Positions 44,401 through 53,800 of a stretch of 64,000 bases of DNA are shown here, piece by piece (the stretch's first letter is position 1; every line of letters starts with the position of its first letter). The translations under genes and the position numbers were made by a program. The notes beneath the pieces were generated by a model that was not told the origin of the DNA, searched no databases, and saw nothing but the letters and a program-made list of their open reading frames with translations. Source of the DNA: Prorocentrum cordatum (Eukaryota); NCBI GenBank assembly GCA_963575745.1, contig CAUYUJ010000290.1:1-64000 (forward strand), read 5' to 3'.

Positions 44401-47400
44401 GGGGTACTTCTTCATGCTCCGAGCGTCGGAGTATTTGGTCCAAGAGGACCGCTCCTGGAGTATGGGACGGGTGGTGCGTGGGCAGGACGTACAGGGGATG
44501 CGCGGAGGTACACCCAGCGCAAGGCTCAGCGACTGCGATGAGGTAGTACTGACGATCACGTCGTCCAAGACGGACCAGTTTAACGCAGGTTGCGTACGCA
44601 ACCATTACCGTTCGGGGGTGGAGTTGTGTGTCGTGGACGCACTCGCCGACCTCCAGAGGGAGCTGCCGGACCGGTTTGGACGAGGAACCGAGGCGGGGCT
44701 CCCCCTGTTCCGCCGGCCCGATGGCCACCCGATTATGCGGGAGGAGGTGCAGGGGCTCCTCCAACTCGCGGCTGCCGCCTGCGGCGTGGACGCAGGCCAG
44801 ATGGGATCCCACTCCCTGCGCATCGGGGGCGCGACGGCGTTGTACCACGCCTGTCGCGACCTGGAAGCGGTCAAGAGGTTCGGGAGGTGGTCCACGGACG
44901 CCTTCCACGGATACCTCTGGGAGGACCATCGGCGTCAGGCTCCATTCGCCCGAGGCATGGCGGAGGGCCACGCCTTATTGGCCCCGGACGCCCGCGGTGA
45001 CGACGGCGCCGCGGCCGGCGCCCGCCCCGACCAGTTGGCCGGGAGCGACCCGCCCCAGTTTGGGAGCGATCTGAGGCCCTCGGAACGCCCGGCCTGGGCG
45101 CCCGGGCGCCCCCCCTGGGCGCGCCCTTCGGCGCGAGCAGGGTCAACTACGGAGGGGGAAGGAGAGGAGGAATTGGTGAGATACGAGCCAGGGCGAGGAG
45201 TTAACGGGCGTGTGGGAAAGCAGCAGGCGGGTCCCACGGGTATTCAGGTCAGGGCGGGGGCTTCGCGTTGTGGGGGTATCCCGGTGGACCTCTCGCCCTC
45301 GACCCCCCTTTCGCTACCGCTCCCGATCGCCCCAGGCACGCCCACCTCCTCTTGGTCCTCTCATCCGCAGCCATCTCCCACTCCAGAGCGAGGCACGCGA
45401 GCAGCGCGCGCACCCCAGCCTCGCGCGCCAGCCGCGCCTTCGCCCCGCGCTCCGGCAGCGTGCATCATGGGATTCCTGGTGGGCCTGGTGGCCCCGGACC
45501 AGAGCAAGGCGCGTGGCCATGACTACAGCATCATGGCGGTGAACCCCCTCGGCGTCGTCGTCTCGGGGGCCGCGCTGTCGGACGAGCTCCGGAGTGCCGC
45601 CCACAACATCCTGTACACGGTGGTGAACGAGCTGGACAGCGAGGACCTCGTCGAGGTGGTCAACCACGACCACGAAGCAGCCCCGTGCATCGCGGCGGCT
45701 TGCTTGGCCGCGGGGGCGAGCGAGGACCACGGCCAGCTGGTGATCGTCGACGGCAAGCGGGGTGCGTGGGGGGTGGGCGCGGGGCCGAATATCAAGGTCC
45801 AGCGCCAGGCGGCCAAGCTGGCGCTCGCCTTGGCCCAGTTCCAGGGGCAGCCCATGCCGGAGCTCCGCGAGCTCTGCAAGCACAACAGGGGGCTGCTCGA
45901 CATGATGCGCACAGTGGACGCGGAGGCGGTCGTGGAGCTCACCGACGACGACGCCTCGAGCAGGGGCGAGGGGAGGTCGACCCCAGCCCCGGTCCTCGAG
46001 GCGGGAGAGGACGCGGTCACCGCGGCGCTGGCGCGTGCGGCCATCCAGGCTGCCGCGCGGCGCCAGAGCAAAGGCGCTCCAAAGGCGCGCCCGCGGCCCG
46101 CGCGGTCGCCGGGCCAGGAGCGCCTCGCCGAAGAGGTCCGCAAGCGCGAGAGGCGCCCTGCGCCCTTGCGCTCGCCCTCGCGCGCGAGGCGCCGCGATCG
46201 CGAGCGCGATGCGCCTCGCGATCGCGGGCGCAGGGGACAGGAGGAGGAGGCCGTCTTGAAACCCAAGACGGGCGGCGCCCCCCCGAAGGCCGACATCGTG
46301 AAGCGTGAGGCCGTCCTGAAGCCTAAGAGCGGGGGGGCGCCGCCGCGGTCCTTCGAGGTGAAGACCGAGGTGGAGGAGGCGGCGGCGCCAGGCGCGGGGG
46401 ACGGTCCGCCCCAGCGCCAGCCGCGCTCGAGGAGCCGCCGTAGGCGCAAGGAGGAGCAGCGCCAGGGCGCCCAGCAGCAGCCCAGTGACCAGCACGACGA
46501 GGGCGAGTCCATCATCCGCATCGAGCGGGTACCGCACCACGTCGATGCCGAGGTGGTCAGGCAGGTGGTCGTGCCCTTTGGGGTCGTCAAACACATCGCC
46601 TTCCTGTACGACCACCGCCACAAGCGGGAGCCGTGCGTGCTGGTGGAGTTCCAGCGCCGCGCTGACGCAAAGCGCGCGCGGGAGTGCATGAGGTCGAACT
46701 ATCGGTTCTACAAGACGGACCCGTGCACGGTGGTCACGGAGTGGGCGAGCCGGCCTCGCGGCCCTGACCCAGGCAGCGACGGGGAGGATGGCCCGACCAT
46801 CCAGCCGCCTGCCTGCCCGACGTGCGCACTCAAGATGCGCTGGAGCTCCTTTGACCCGGGAGACGGTTGGGGTTGCGAGATGTGCCCCGCGGGCGGAGCT
46901 AACAGCGGAGCCCTGCGGTGGCACTGTAAGGGGTGCGACGTGAGCTACTGCGAGGCTTGCCGCGTCGCCTTCGGCAAACCCAAGACGGTGGTGGAGAAGG
47001 CCCGGCGGAGCGGCCACACCGTGCGGGAGGCGCCGGGCCCCAGTGCCGGCCATGGAGAGCGCCCCAGCACGGGTGCCACGGGTGCGGGGGCTGAGGGGGA
47101 CCGCCCGCCGGGCGACCTCAGCTGGCCCAAGCGCGAGAGGTCGCCCAGCCGCAACCGGCCCAAGCGCGAGAGGTCGCCCAGCCGCAGTCTGGCGCGGGAC
47201 CCAGCGTGGGCGCGGCGCGGCGACACCCCTCCCGGCCGCACGCGGCGTAAGACCGGGAAGCACGCTGGGCAGCTTCGCGCTCCTCGCGGCGGCTGGTACG
47301 AGCAGGAGAAGAAGCGGCGGCGTGCTGCCGCCGCGGAGGCTGCCGCGGGCGAGGGTGGGATCCCAGCCTGGCGTGGCAAGGGCGCGGGCGACAAGGGCGG

Positions 47401-47665
47401 CAAGGGCGGCAAGGTCAAGGGCAAGCACTCCGGCAAGGCCGCCAAGGGCTCCAAGAGCGGCGGCAAGGGCGACAAGAGCGGCAAGGGCGGCCACTCCAAG
47501 GGCGACCAGGGCAGCCGCGGCCGGAGTGAGCGTGACTGGCCCAGCGCGGACGGTCGCGCGTCGAGGGGCGGCGATGGCGGCAGCCCCCGGGACCCCAGTG
47601 AGCGCGGCGGAGACCGCAGCGGAGACGAGAGCCGCGACCGCCAGGGGAACACGCCCTCCATCTAG
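41417..47665 (+). CDS. YR element polyprotein part 4: RT end, RNase H, degenerate second MTase, tyrosine recombinase, then dsRBD-like/RRM/Zn-finger/GK-rich cargo
   Basis: GGDAT...VVELL...VTDN...HNELADFITR (RNase H); VRALHPKEIWCAQG; FFMLRASEY, SKTDQ, SHSLRIGGAT, FGRWSTDAFHGY (YR). RRM at about 46505-46750 and CxxC clusters at about 46810-46960. Confidence 0.9.
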   Translation: MACDALDASIREVFGSEAVNVSKRDAEGEPSTTQIIWGLSMDFERERVGLPEPKAMKMRFLLAEPELSFGCRMVRLRTARELSGLGQFCACAAPALSLELPAVHRMLSGDPGQAYVHPPGDPEMVEAAWDDWHQTLDWLRVCFEMPVEGNFETSFEGLLGLREALALPGALGKLRWLGGDATLDRIGALDWSSREYIVAEAAPYLETLRSAPGVTWQGEGEVIAVVELLCLIALAAEKGPDWFQLLLPYVTDNSNVSRWLRRRRARNAVARHLLRVLAMLELRYKFRVLDGLYLRTYHNELADFITRATVEEVRQRMAEAGWTELSPAAPWGELVEEAAQRELRMPGDDGPWRAAALQVKGAREALPRYAPLQVEGARLLEVGTAWPPFGEAWESLGGSALLAPWDVGDRWDPDDGDHPKDPTGAPRTRWLCVSLSEDPGGREATGLERLLITTRPLAVLLDAPVNYAAVRLGARLRRLGYVALSPETRLLCTHFGDVTARARAVQVWGCGERVRAPSPVPPLGQPCVEPRGLCQLWKEAGRPPLDELRLDLDNGTLLVDPRISTTGDRMMPWPRGTWQPAGGGRAQRVVIHDPRGPCHTARAKPDPLKGYANTLILEGSEGGWTVRALHPKEIWCAQGGTAELWDALGLGGMPIAERMRQAARALPRRTARWVLQWAERLLRQAVEAASAGEAPGARAGVGPDHDRLANDEMVKLWLKAWLQAPDRPSGPFEAALEAGKTTDDAARLADQLDPPATARSTAAGVDGAGGERVGAVTFAVPEGAGMPRPSAMDGVGGEAPPPRKARRRARSAPAPALVKPAAWRYAGGGAPKGIQGELTDPRELDATATEAMLAKLAEGTRANYSAGWRNWVLWRRLRGRSPYLQGETRDARLTDEDDLIRYVVYLYKVMKRRATTIRQRLFAIRYAHTLAGFGDVTSDRRRLWTTIEGLRRWDGKAKRKLPATPRMLRWLREYLFAHGTATRREATILWAALMTGYFFMLRASEYLVQEDRSWSMGRVVRGQDVQGMRGGTPSARLSDCDEVVLTITSSKTDQFNAGCVRNHYRSGVELCVVDALADLQRELPDRFGRGTEAGLPLFRRPDGHPIMREEVQGLLQLAAAACGVDAGQMGSHSLRIGGATALYHACRDLEAVKRFGRWSTDAFHGYLWEDHRRQAPFARGMAEGHALLAPDARGDDGAAAGARPDQLAGSDPPQFGSDLRPSERPAWAPGRPPWARPSARAGSTTEGEGEEELVRYEPGRGVNGRVGKQQAGPTGIQVRAGASRCGGIPVDLSPSTPLSLPLPIAPGTPTSSWSSHPQPSPTPERGTRAARAPQPRAPAAPSPRAPAACIMGFLVGLVAPDQSKARGHDYSIMAVNPLGVVVSGAALSDELRSAAHNILYTVVNELDSEDLVEVVNHDHEAAPCIAAACLAAGASEDHGQLVIVDGKRGAWGVGAGPNIKVQRQAAKLALALAQFQGQPMPELRELCKHNRGLLDMMRTVDAEAVVELTDDDASSRGEGRSTPAPVLEAGEDAVTAALARAAIQAAARRQSKGAPKARPRPARSPGQERLAEEVRKRERRPAPLRSPSRARRRDRERDAPRDRGRRGQEEEAVLKPKTGGAPPKADIVKREAVLKPKSGGAPPRSFEVKTEVEEAAAPGAGDGPPQRQPRSRSRRRRKEEQRQGAQQQPSDQHDEGESIIRIERVPHHVDAEVVRQVVVPFGVVKHIAFLYDHRHKREPCVLVEFQRRADAKRARECMRSNYRFYKTDPCTVVTEWASRPRGPDPGSDGEDGPTIQPPACPTCALKMRWSSFDPGDGWGCEMCPAGGANSGALRWHCKGCDVSYCEACRVAFGKPKTVVEKARRSGHTVREAPGPSAGHGERPSTGATGAGAEGDRPPGDLSWPKRERSPSRNRPKRERSPSRSLARDPAWARRGDTPPGRTRRKTGKHAGQLRAPRGGWYEQEKKRRRAAAAEAAAGEGGIPAWRGKGAGDKGGKGGKVKGKHSGKAAKGSKSGGKGDKSGKGGHSKGDQGSRGRSERDWPSADGRASRGGDGGSPRDPSERGGDRSGDESRDRQGNTPSI

Positions 47666-47760
47666 GCGTGGAGCTCCCCCCCGTACCCCGACGCCAGCGC
47701 CCGCGGCATCGCGGGCGCGGGCTGAAGGCGGCGGCCTGTGAGTGAGCCGGCCCTCCTCTC

Positions 47761-47909
47761 AGCCTACCGTGCGCAGGTGGCGCCTGCGATCCTTGAGCCT
47801 ACGGTACGCAGGTGGCGCCTGCGATCTTGTTTCTTTTAGCCTACGGTACGCAGGTGGCGCCTGCGATCTTCTTTCTTTAGCCTACGGTACGCAGGTGGCG
47901 CCTGCGATC
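47761..47909 (+). repeat. Four 31-bp hairpin repeats in the YR element 3-prime region
   Basis: agcctacggtacgcaggtggcgcctgcgatc at 47761 (2 mismatches), 47796, 47838 and 47879. Confidence 0.92.
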
Positions 47910-49494
47910 CTCTCTCTTTGGAGGAGTTTAACGTTGCGCGCACGTCGCGTGCTTCCTGGACCCGGCCGTGCCGCGCGTCTTGCGCGCCGTGCGGTCGGGG
48001 CCACACTTGCGCTCTGCGCCCGGCGCCTCGTGCGCCGCCCCCTTTCGTTTCTTTTGCGCGCATCGCGCGCGCGCCGCGCCCGCGCTCTGGGTGCGCGGGC
48101 GCGGAAGGCCTCAAGGTTGCAGGCAAGTGGCCGCGCGCGCGAGGCTCTTGCAGCCTCTGGTTCCGCCCTCGCACTCGGGCGAGGCGTCCCCGCGCGCGCG
48201 GCTGCGTTTTCTTTTCTCATGGCCGAGCGGCCGCAGGCGTGCCAGAGCGCAGCGCGCGGGCCGTCAGGGCCCACGCGCTCGCGTTGAGCGTGGGGCCATC
48301 AGGGCCCACGCCCAGGCGGAGATGCGCGTCGCCACGCTGCCATGAAAATACCATCGCCCTGTCCTGGTCCCTCTCTCGTCCCCTCCTCTCCTCCTCTCCC
48401 TCCGTTGAGTGCACGCGTATCTCACTTAACTTGTATAGTCTGATTGGTTGTAGACTGCAGGTTAAGTGGGAGGGGGTGTGGGCTCAGGTAGCCATTTTGG
48501 GTCCGTAGCGTTCGGCTCTGGCCGACGCGCGGGTGCCCACCCACCCCGCTTTGCTCCCAGACGCCTGCGTCGGCCGAGCGGCCGCAGGCGTGCCAGAGCG
48601 CGAGCGCGCGGGCCGTCAGGGCCCACGCGCTCGCGTTGAGCGTGGGGCCATCAGGGCCCACGCCCAGGCGGAGATGCGCGTCGCCACGCTGCCATGAAAA
48701 TACCATCGCCCTGTCCTGGTCCCTCTCTCGTCCCCTCCTCTCCTCCTCTCCCTCCGTTGAGTGCACGCGTATCTCATTTAACCTGAAGAATTGGGTCGCG
48801 ATTGGGAGGTGTGGAGGGGGTGGGGGGATCTCACCACCTCCTCCTCCGCCTCCTACTCCCCCTCCTCGTCCTTCTCCTCTTCCGCCTCGTCCTCTTCCTC
48901 GTCCTCTTCCTCCTCTTCCGCCGCCTCCTTCTCCTCCTCCGCCCCCGCCCCGCCCCCCGCGCCCCCTCCTGCTCCTCCTCCTGGCCTATCTTTTGGTCGT
49001 CTTGTGGCCACCTTTTATTAGTCCGCGCGCATAGGCGGGGTGTCTTTTGCTATGCCCCCCCCCCTTCCCCCGGTTGCTCCTTGCCGGGCCTGCGAGCCGC
49101 GGCCCCTGGCCTAGGCCAGAGGAAAAAACAATTGGAAAACGGCGTGGCCTTGCCGTCCCTGGCCGCGCTCGCGGCGCCGTGGGCGGCGGAAACACGAAGG
49201 GCCATCGCGACCAGCAACGAGGGGGGGCGGGGGCGGAGGAGGAGGAGGAGGGGAAACAACAGGGCAACAGCAAAAAGGATACCTCCCCGAGGATGGGCTG
49301 GGGCCCCCCGGGCAGCGCGGGCCGCAGCGTCACGCGCGAGAGCGTGAACGGGCGTTCGCCTGAGGAGGAGGGGGAGGAGGAGGAGGAAGGGGGGGGGGAG
49401 CAGGAGGAAACGGAGGAGGAGGAGGAGGAGGATGGGGGGGGGGGAGGGGCGGGGGAGGAGGAGGAAAATACTATATATATACATGGAGAGAAAA

Positions 49495-49537
<43 letters not shown>

Positions 49538-49788
49538 GAGGGAGAGAGAGAAAGAGAGAGCTAAATATCTGTATATACAAGTGGCACGTGTGTGCCCAGG
49601 CTCATGCAACAATCTGAAGGGGCGTTTGAATCAGGGGTGACATGCAACAGCGAAGTCGCACTCGAGCGCAAGTGGGGTTGCCACACCTTGCGATGTGTGT
49701 ACCAGGGCCCCCCAGGAAGCCTCAGGAGGCCCGACTTGGATACCAGAAGAGGCTCCAGGAGGCCCCAGGATTGTGAGTGTGTGTTGTG

Positions 49789-49830
<42 letters not shown>

Positions 49831-49872
49831 TGTGTGCTTTGTGTGGTGCGTGCTTTTTGTGTGTTGTCGGTG

Positions 49873-49932
<60 letters not shown>

Positions 49933-50429
49933 TATGTTTGTCTAGCGTGTGATGTGTTGGGCGTGATTTGTGTAACTGTGTGCGCATGTAGTTCTGAAGC
50001 CCCAGGAGGCCCCAGGCGGCCCCAGGCGGCTTCAGCAGGCCCAGGAGAATTCCAGGAGGCTCCGAGGCGGGGTCTGGGGTGCCAGAAGGTCCAGAAAGCC
50101 CCAGGAGGCCCCGGGAGGTTCCAGGAGGCCCCCAGGAGGTTCCGAGGAGGGGTCTGGGGCTCGATTTTGGGAGGATGTCTCAGGCGAAACCGCCATTCTT
50201 TGAGAATCGGGGCCAACATTATTGAACTTACCAGGTGTTTTTGAAGGTTTTATGTTAAAACGTTGAAATTCCCATGTGTTTTTGGACCCTGACGTCACGA
50301 TCTGCGTGAGGGGTGCCACCGATTTTCAGAATTTCGAGGATGTCCCGAGCGAGGCGGCCAGAAAAATCGCGGACGACGTGCGCACTAATCGCCTCTGAGC
50401 TCTACTCCCTCGGAGAGGTGCGTATGAGA

Positions 50430-50810
<381 letters not shown>

Positions 50811-53800
50811 ACAAGTAGGCGGACCAGGGTCCGTCCGCGAGGCGCACTGCGGTGCGACAACCCGCAAAACACTATTAGCGGCGGTGCAGCCTTAGGATAC
50901 GAGGGCGGGCAAAAGACCCCCTCCCCCGGCGCATTGCGTCTGAAGCTACGGACGGCGGACAGACTGTGAAGATCTCACGTGTCAGACCGCGTGACGAAGA
51001 AGGCCCCAACAAGAAAGGCGACGTGCGGACACGTGGCTAGGCGGCTTGGCAGACCGCCAGTTGGGCGCTTGGCCGCAGCGCGGCGCGCAGGGACGGGGCA
51101 CCCCCCGCCCCCGCGCCCTGACACCGTGGACGCGGGGCCACGCGTGCACACGGGCAGGCAGAATGGCGGAGATTAGCGCGGGGCTCCAGGCGGAGCGCCG
51201 CGGAGCGATGACAGCATAGCATGGAGGGTGAGTGGCGGCGCAGCACCATCGGGGGGGGGTGTAAGCAGCTCGGCGAAGGCACGACCGGCGCGGTGGAGGC
51301 GCTGGAGCAAAGGGCCTTGACGGGCTTGGGCAGCGGCAAGGTCGGCGGCGAGGGCTGCACGCCTCTGCTGGAGAGCGGCCATAGACTGGGACAGCTCGGC
51401 TTCGCGCTCGGTGCGGGGCGGCTGCTCTGTGCCCGCGGCCGCGGGCCTCGCGGCGGGGACGAGGTCATCGGTGCGCCTGGCCAGGTGGTGGACCAGCGCG
51501 GTGCGGCGGTCCGTGCGCTGGCGGCCGTCGCCGTGGCGAGGCGACTGGAGGGCGTCGCGCGGTCCCAGGGCTGAAGCCGCCGGGGCAACGCCCCATGAGG
51601 GCGGAGGGGCCGCAGCCTCACAGCCTGCAACAGTAGGGGCGTGGACGGGGCGCGACGGTCTGACTGGCTCAGTGCCCTGCGGGGGGGCTGAAGCCGCCCC
51701 CGCGGGCTGGCGCTGGTGGGGGGACGGGGTTGGTGGCACGGAGGGGCCAATCATGATGCCGTGCGAGGGCTCAGAGGTCGGCCGCGTGACAGGGTGGCGA
51801 CTCGATGAAGCGGCGTCGTCGGCAGCGTGGGGTGTCAGCGGGACGTCGTCTATGCTGCCGCCCAATCCGAGGGGATCATAAAAGTCCGCGTCGGCGTCTT
51901 GGAGGTGAGCGACGTCATCATGTGGGTGCGGTACCGCTCTCGGTGGCGGGGTCGAGGTGGGCGTCGTGCGGTTGCCCGACGGGGCAAGGTTGGCGCTGGC
52001 TGGCCCGTCGTCCAGGAAGTCTAGTCCCCCGCCGAAGCCGAACGGGTCGTCCTCCTGTTCGTCGTACATCGCCCGTTGGGCCTCGGCCCAGAGCTCGTCA
52101 GGGTTCTGCGGGATGTCTGGTCCAGCCGCGGGTGGTGCCTGGTCCGACAGCAGGGGGTTTGGTTCCATTTTGCTGAGTTCAGCCGCTGTAAACCCAGCCC
52201 TGCGGTGTGGGAGCGGCAGAGTACGGTGTCTGCGCTCGTAGATGGCGACAGCGACCCCGTGAAGCACGGTCGCTTGGCGATGTCGTGTTTTGGCAGCTTC
52301 AACGATGTCGTCGGGGAGGTTGTGCGTGCGTGCCGCCGCTGTGGCAAGGGCGTCGGCCTGACGGTTGAACTCCTCCGCGATGGGCCCGATGAGCCCAAGG
52401 TCGATGCCCAGGTCTCCCAGGTGGCTGGCGACTTTTTCGACGCGAAACATGTCGGGCTTGGCCATGACACATCGGTGAATCCTTGCCCAGAGCTCCGCGT
52501 GCGTGCCCTGCGGTGCTGGATGTCCGTCGATGATGCTTTGAAACCCATCGACCACCGCCTGGTTGTCCACGAAGACGTGCACGGGCCGTTCGGCACACGC
52601 CGTACGGTGGACGATGGCAAGGGTCTCCGCAACCTGGGCGTTCTGCGTTAGGCCGTGAACGCGTGCACTGTAGTTCATGCGGTGGTCGATGCCGTAGTAG
52701 ACGCCGTAGCCCGCTCGTGCTAGGAGTGGGATGGCTTGGTTGGTGCACGCGCCGTCCGTGGCAGCATAGACCCATGTCCATCCAGTGTCGTTGTCTAGGT
52801 AGGTGGTGTAGGTGTCCTGGGCTGGAGCCGCAGGATCACCCTCAGGGGGGGGCCGCGGGATGGGCTGTGGCAGCGGGTCCCTCGCGAGGTCGGCCTGCAG
52901 GTCGAGGAGGGCTGGGTCTTCGTCGAAGAGCCCGCAGTGTCTTGTGTGCGGCGGAAGACGGGCCCACTGGTCGTCACTGATGAGGGTGGTGAGAGGAACT
53001 CTTTCTCGGGCCCAGCACTTACAGTCGCGGACAGTGTGCTCCTGAGTTTCCTCTTCCTCGTCGCAGTAGCGGCACATGGGGCTGGGGTCTGCCGACGTGT
53101 TGGATCGGGATCGTCGCTGTTGGGTGTGGTCCCCGCCCGACAGGTAGTTCAGGAGGAGCGCCAGCTGCCAGGCAGTGCATTTGGCTGCTCCTTTGGTTCG
53201 CGCGAGCCACGTGCTGGCGAAGAGGTCAAGGCCCTGTCTGACCGAGGCGAGGTAGCCAAGGTCGTGTCGCCGTGGCTTGATCTTCCGCAGAAATGCCCTG
53301 CGTTGTGAGGCCCGCAGCATGTGCAGGAAGGCGTTTTGGGGTAGATTCAGCCAGCTGATCGGGCAGCCCCAGTCATCGTACATGATGCCAAATGTGGGCC
53401 AGGTCCATCGGAGCTGCTGGAGCGACTGGACGAGTCGCCCGACGGGTCCTCCACCAAACAGGGTCTGGACGTGGTGTTGGAGGTCTCTGGCGAGCCCGCA
53501 GAGTGTGACGTCGCGGTTAACCTGACGCCGCAGGCACAGGAATGCTTCACGCTGCGTGATGGCGTCGATCTCAAGGGCGTGTCCCGGCACGCACACGGCC
53601 ATGAGAGTCCAGAACTCGACCCACTTGTTCCCCTTGGGGCGGATAGCCGCCTTGAGGGCGTGGTTGTAGGCAGTCTTGGCTGGGCCTGATGGTGCTTGGA
53701 TGTCGGTGCCCGTGGTGCAGACGCTGGCGGCCAGGGATCGGGCGTGCCGCGCCTTGATAAGCATCGGCGACGGGAGCTTGCCAATGCGCGGCAGGCGGAT

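Larger units (their letters stand above)
33169..48782 (+). mobile_element. Tyrosine-recombinase (DIRS-order, PAT/Ngaro-like) retrotransposon with split direct repeats A1...B1-A2-B2
   Basis: A1 33169-33273 = A2 48431-48535 (105 bp, 1 mismatch). B1 48221-48430 = B2 48572-48782 (1 indel, 1 mismatch). RT, RNase H and YR motifs lie inside. No TSD. Confidence 0.95.

Noticed and set aside
45314..47494. Long antisense ORFs over the YR, copia and LINE coding regions
   Set aside because: They are expected shadows of GC-rich codon usage and show no motifs
47761..47909. CRISPR-like array of palindromic 31-bp repeats
   Set aside because: Spacers are only 4-11 nt and low complexity, there are no cas genes, and the context is a eukaryotic retroelement
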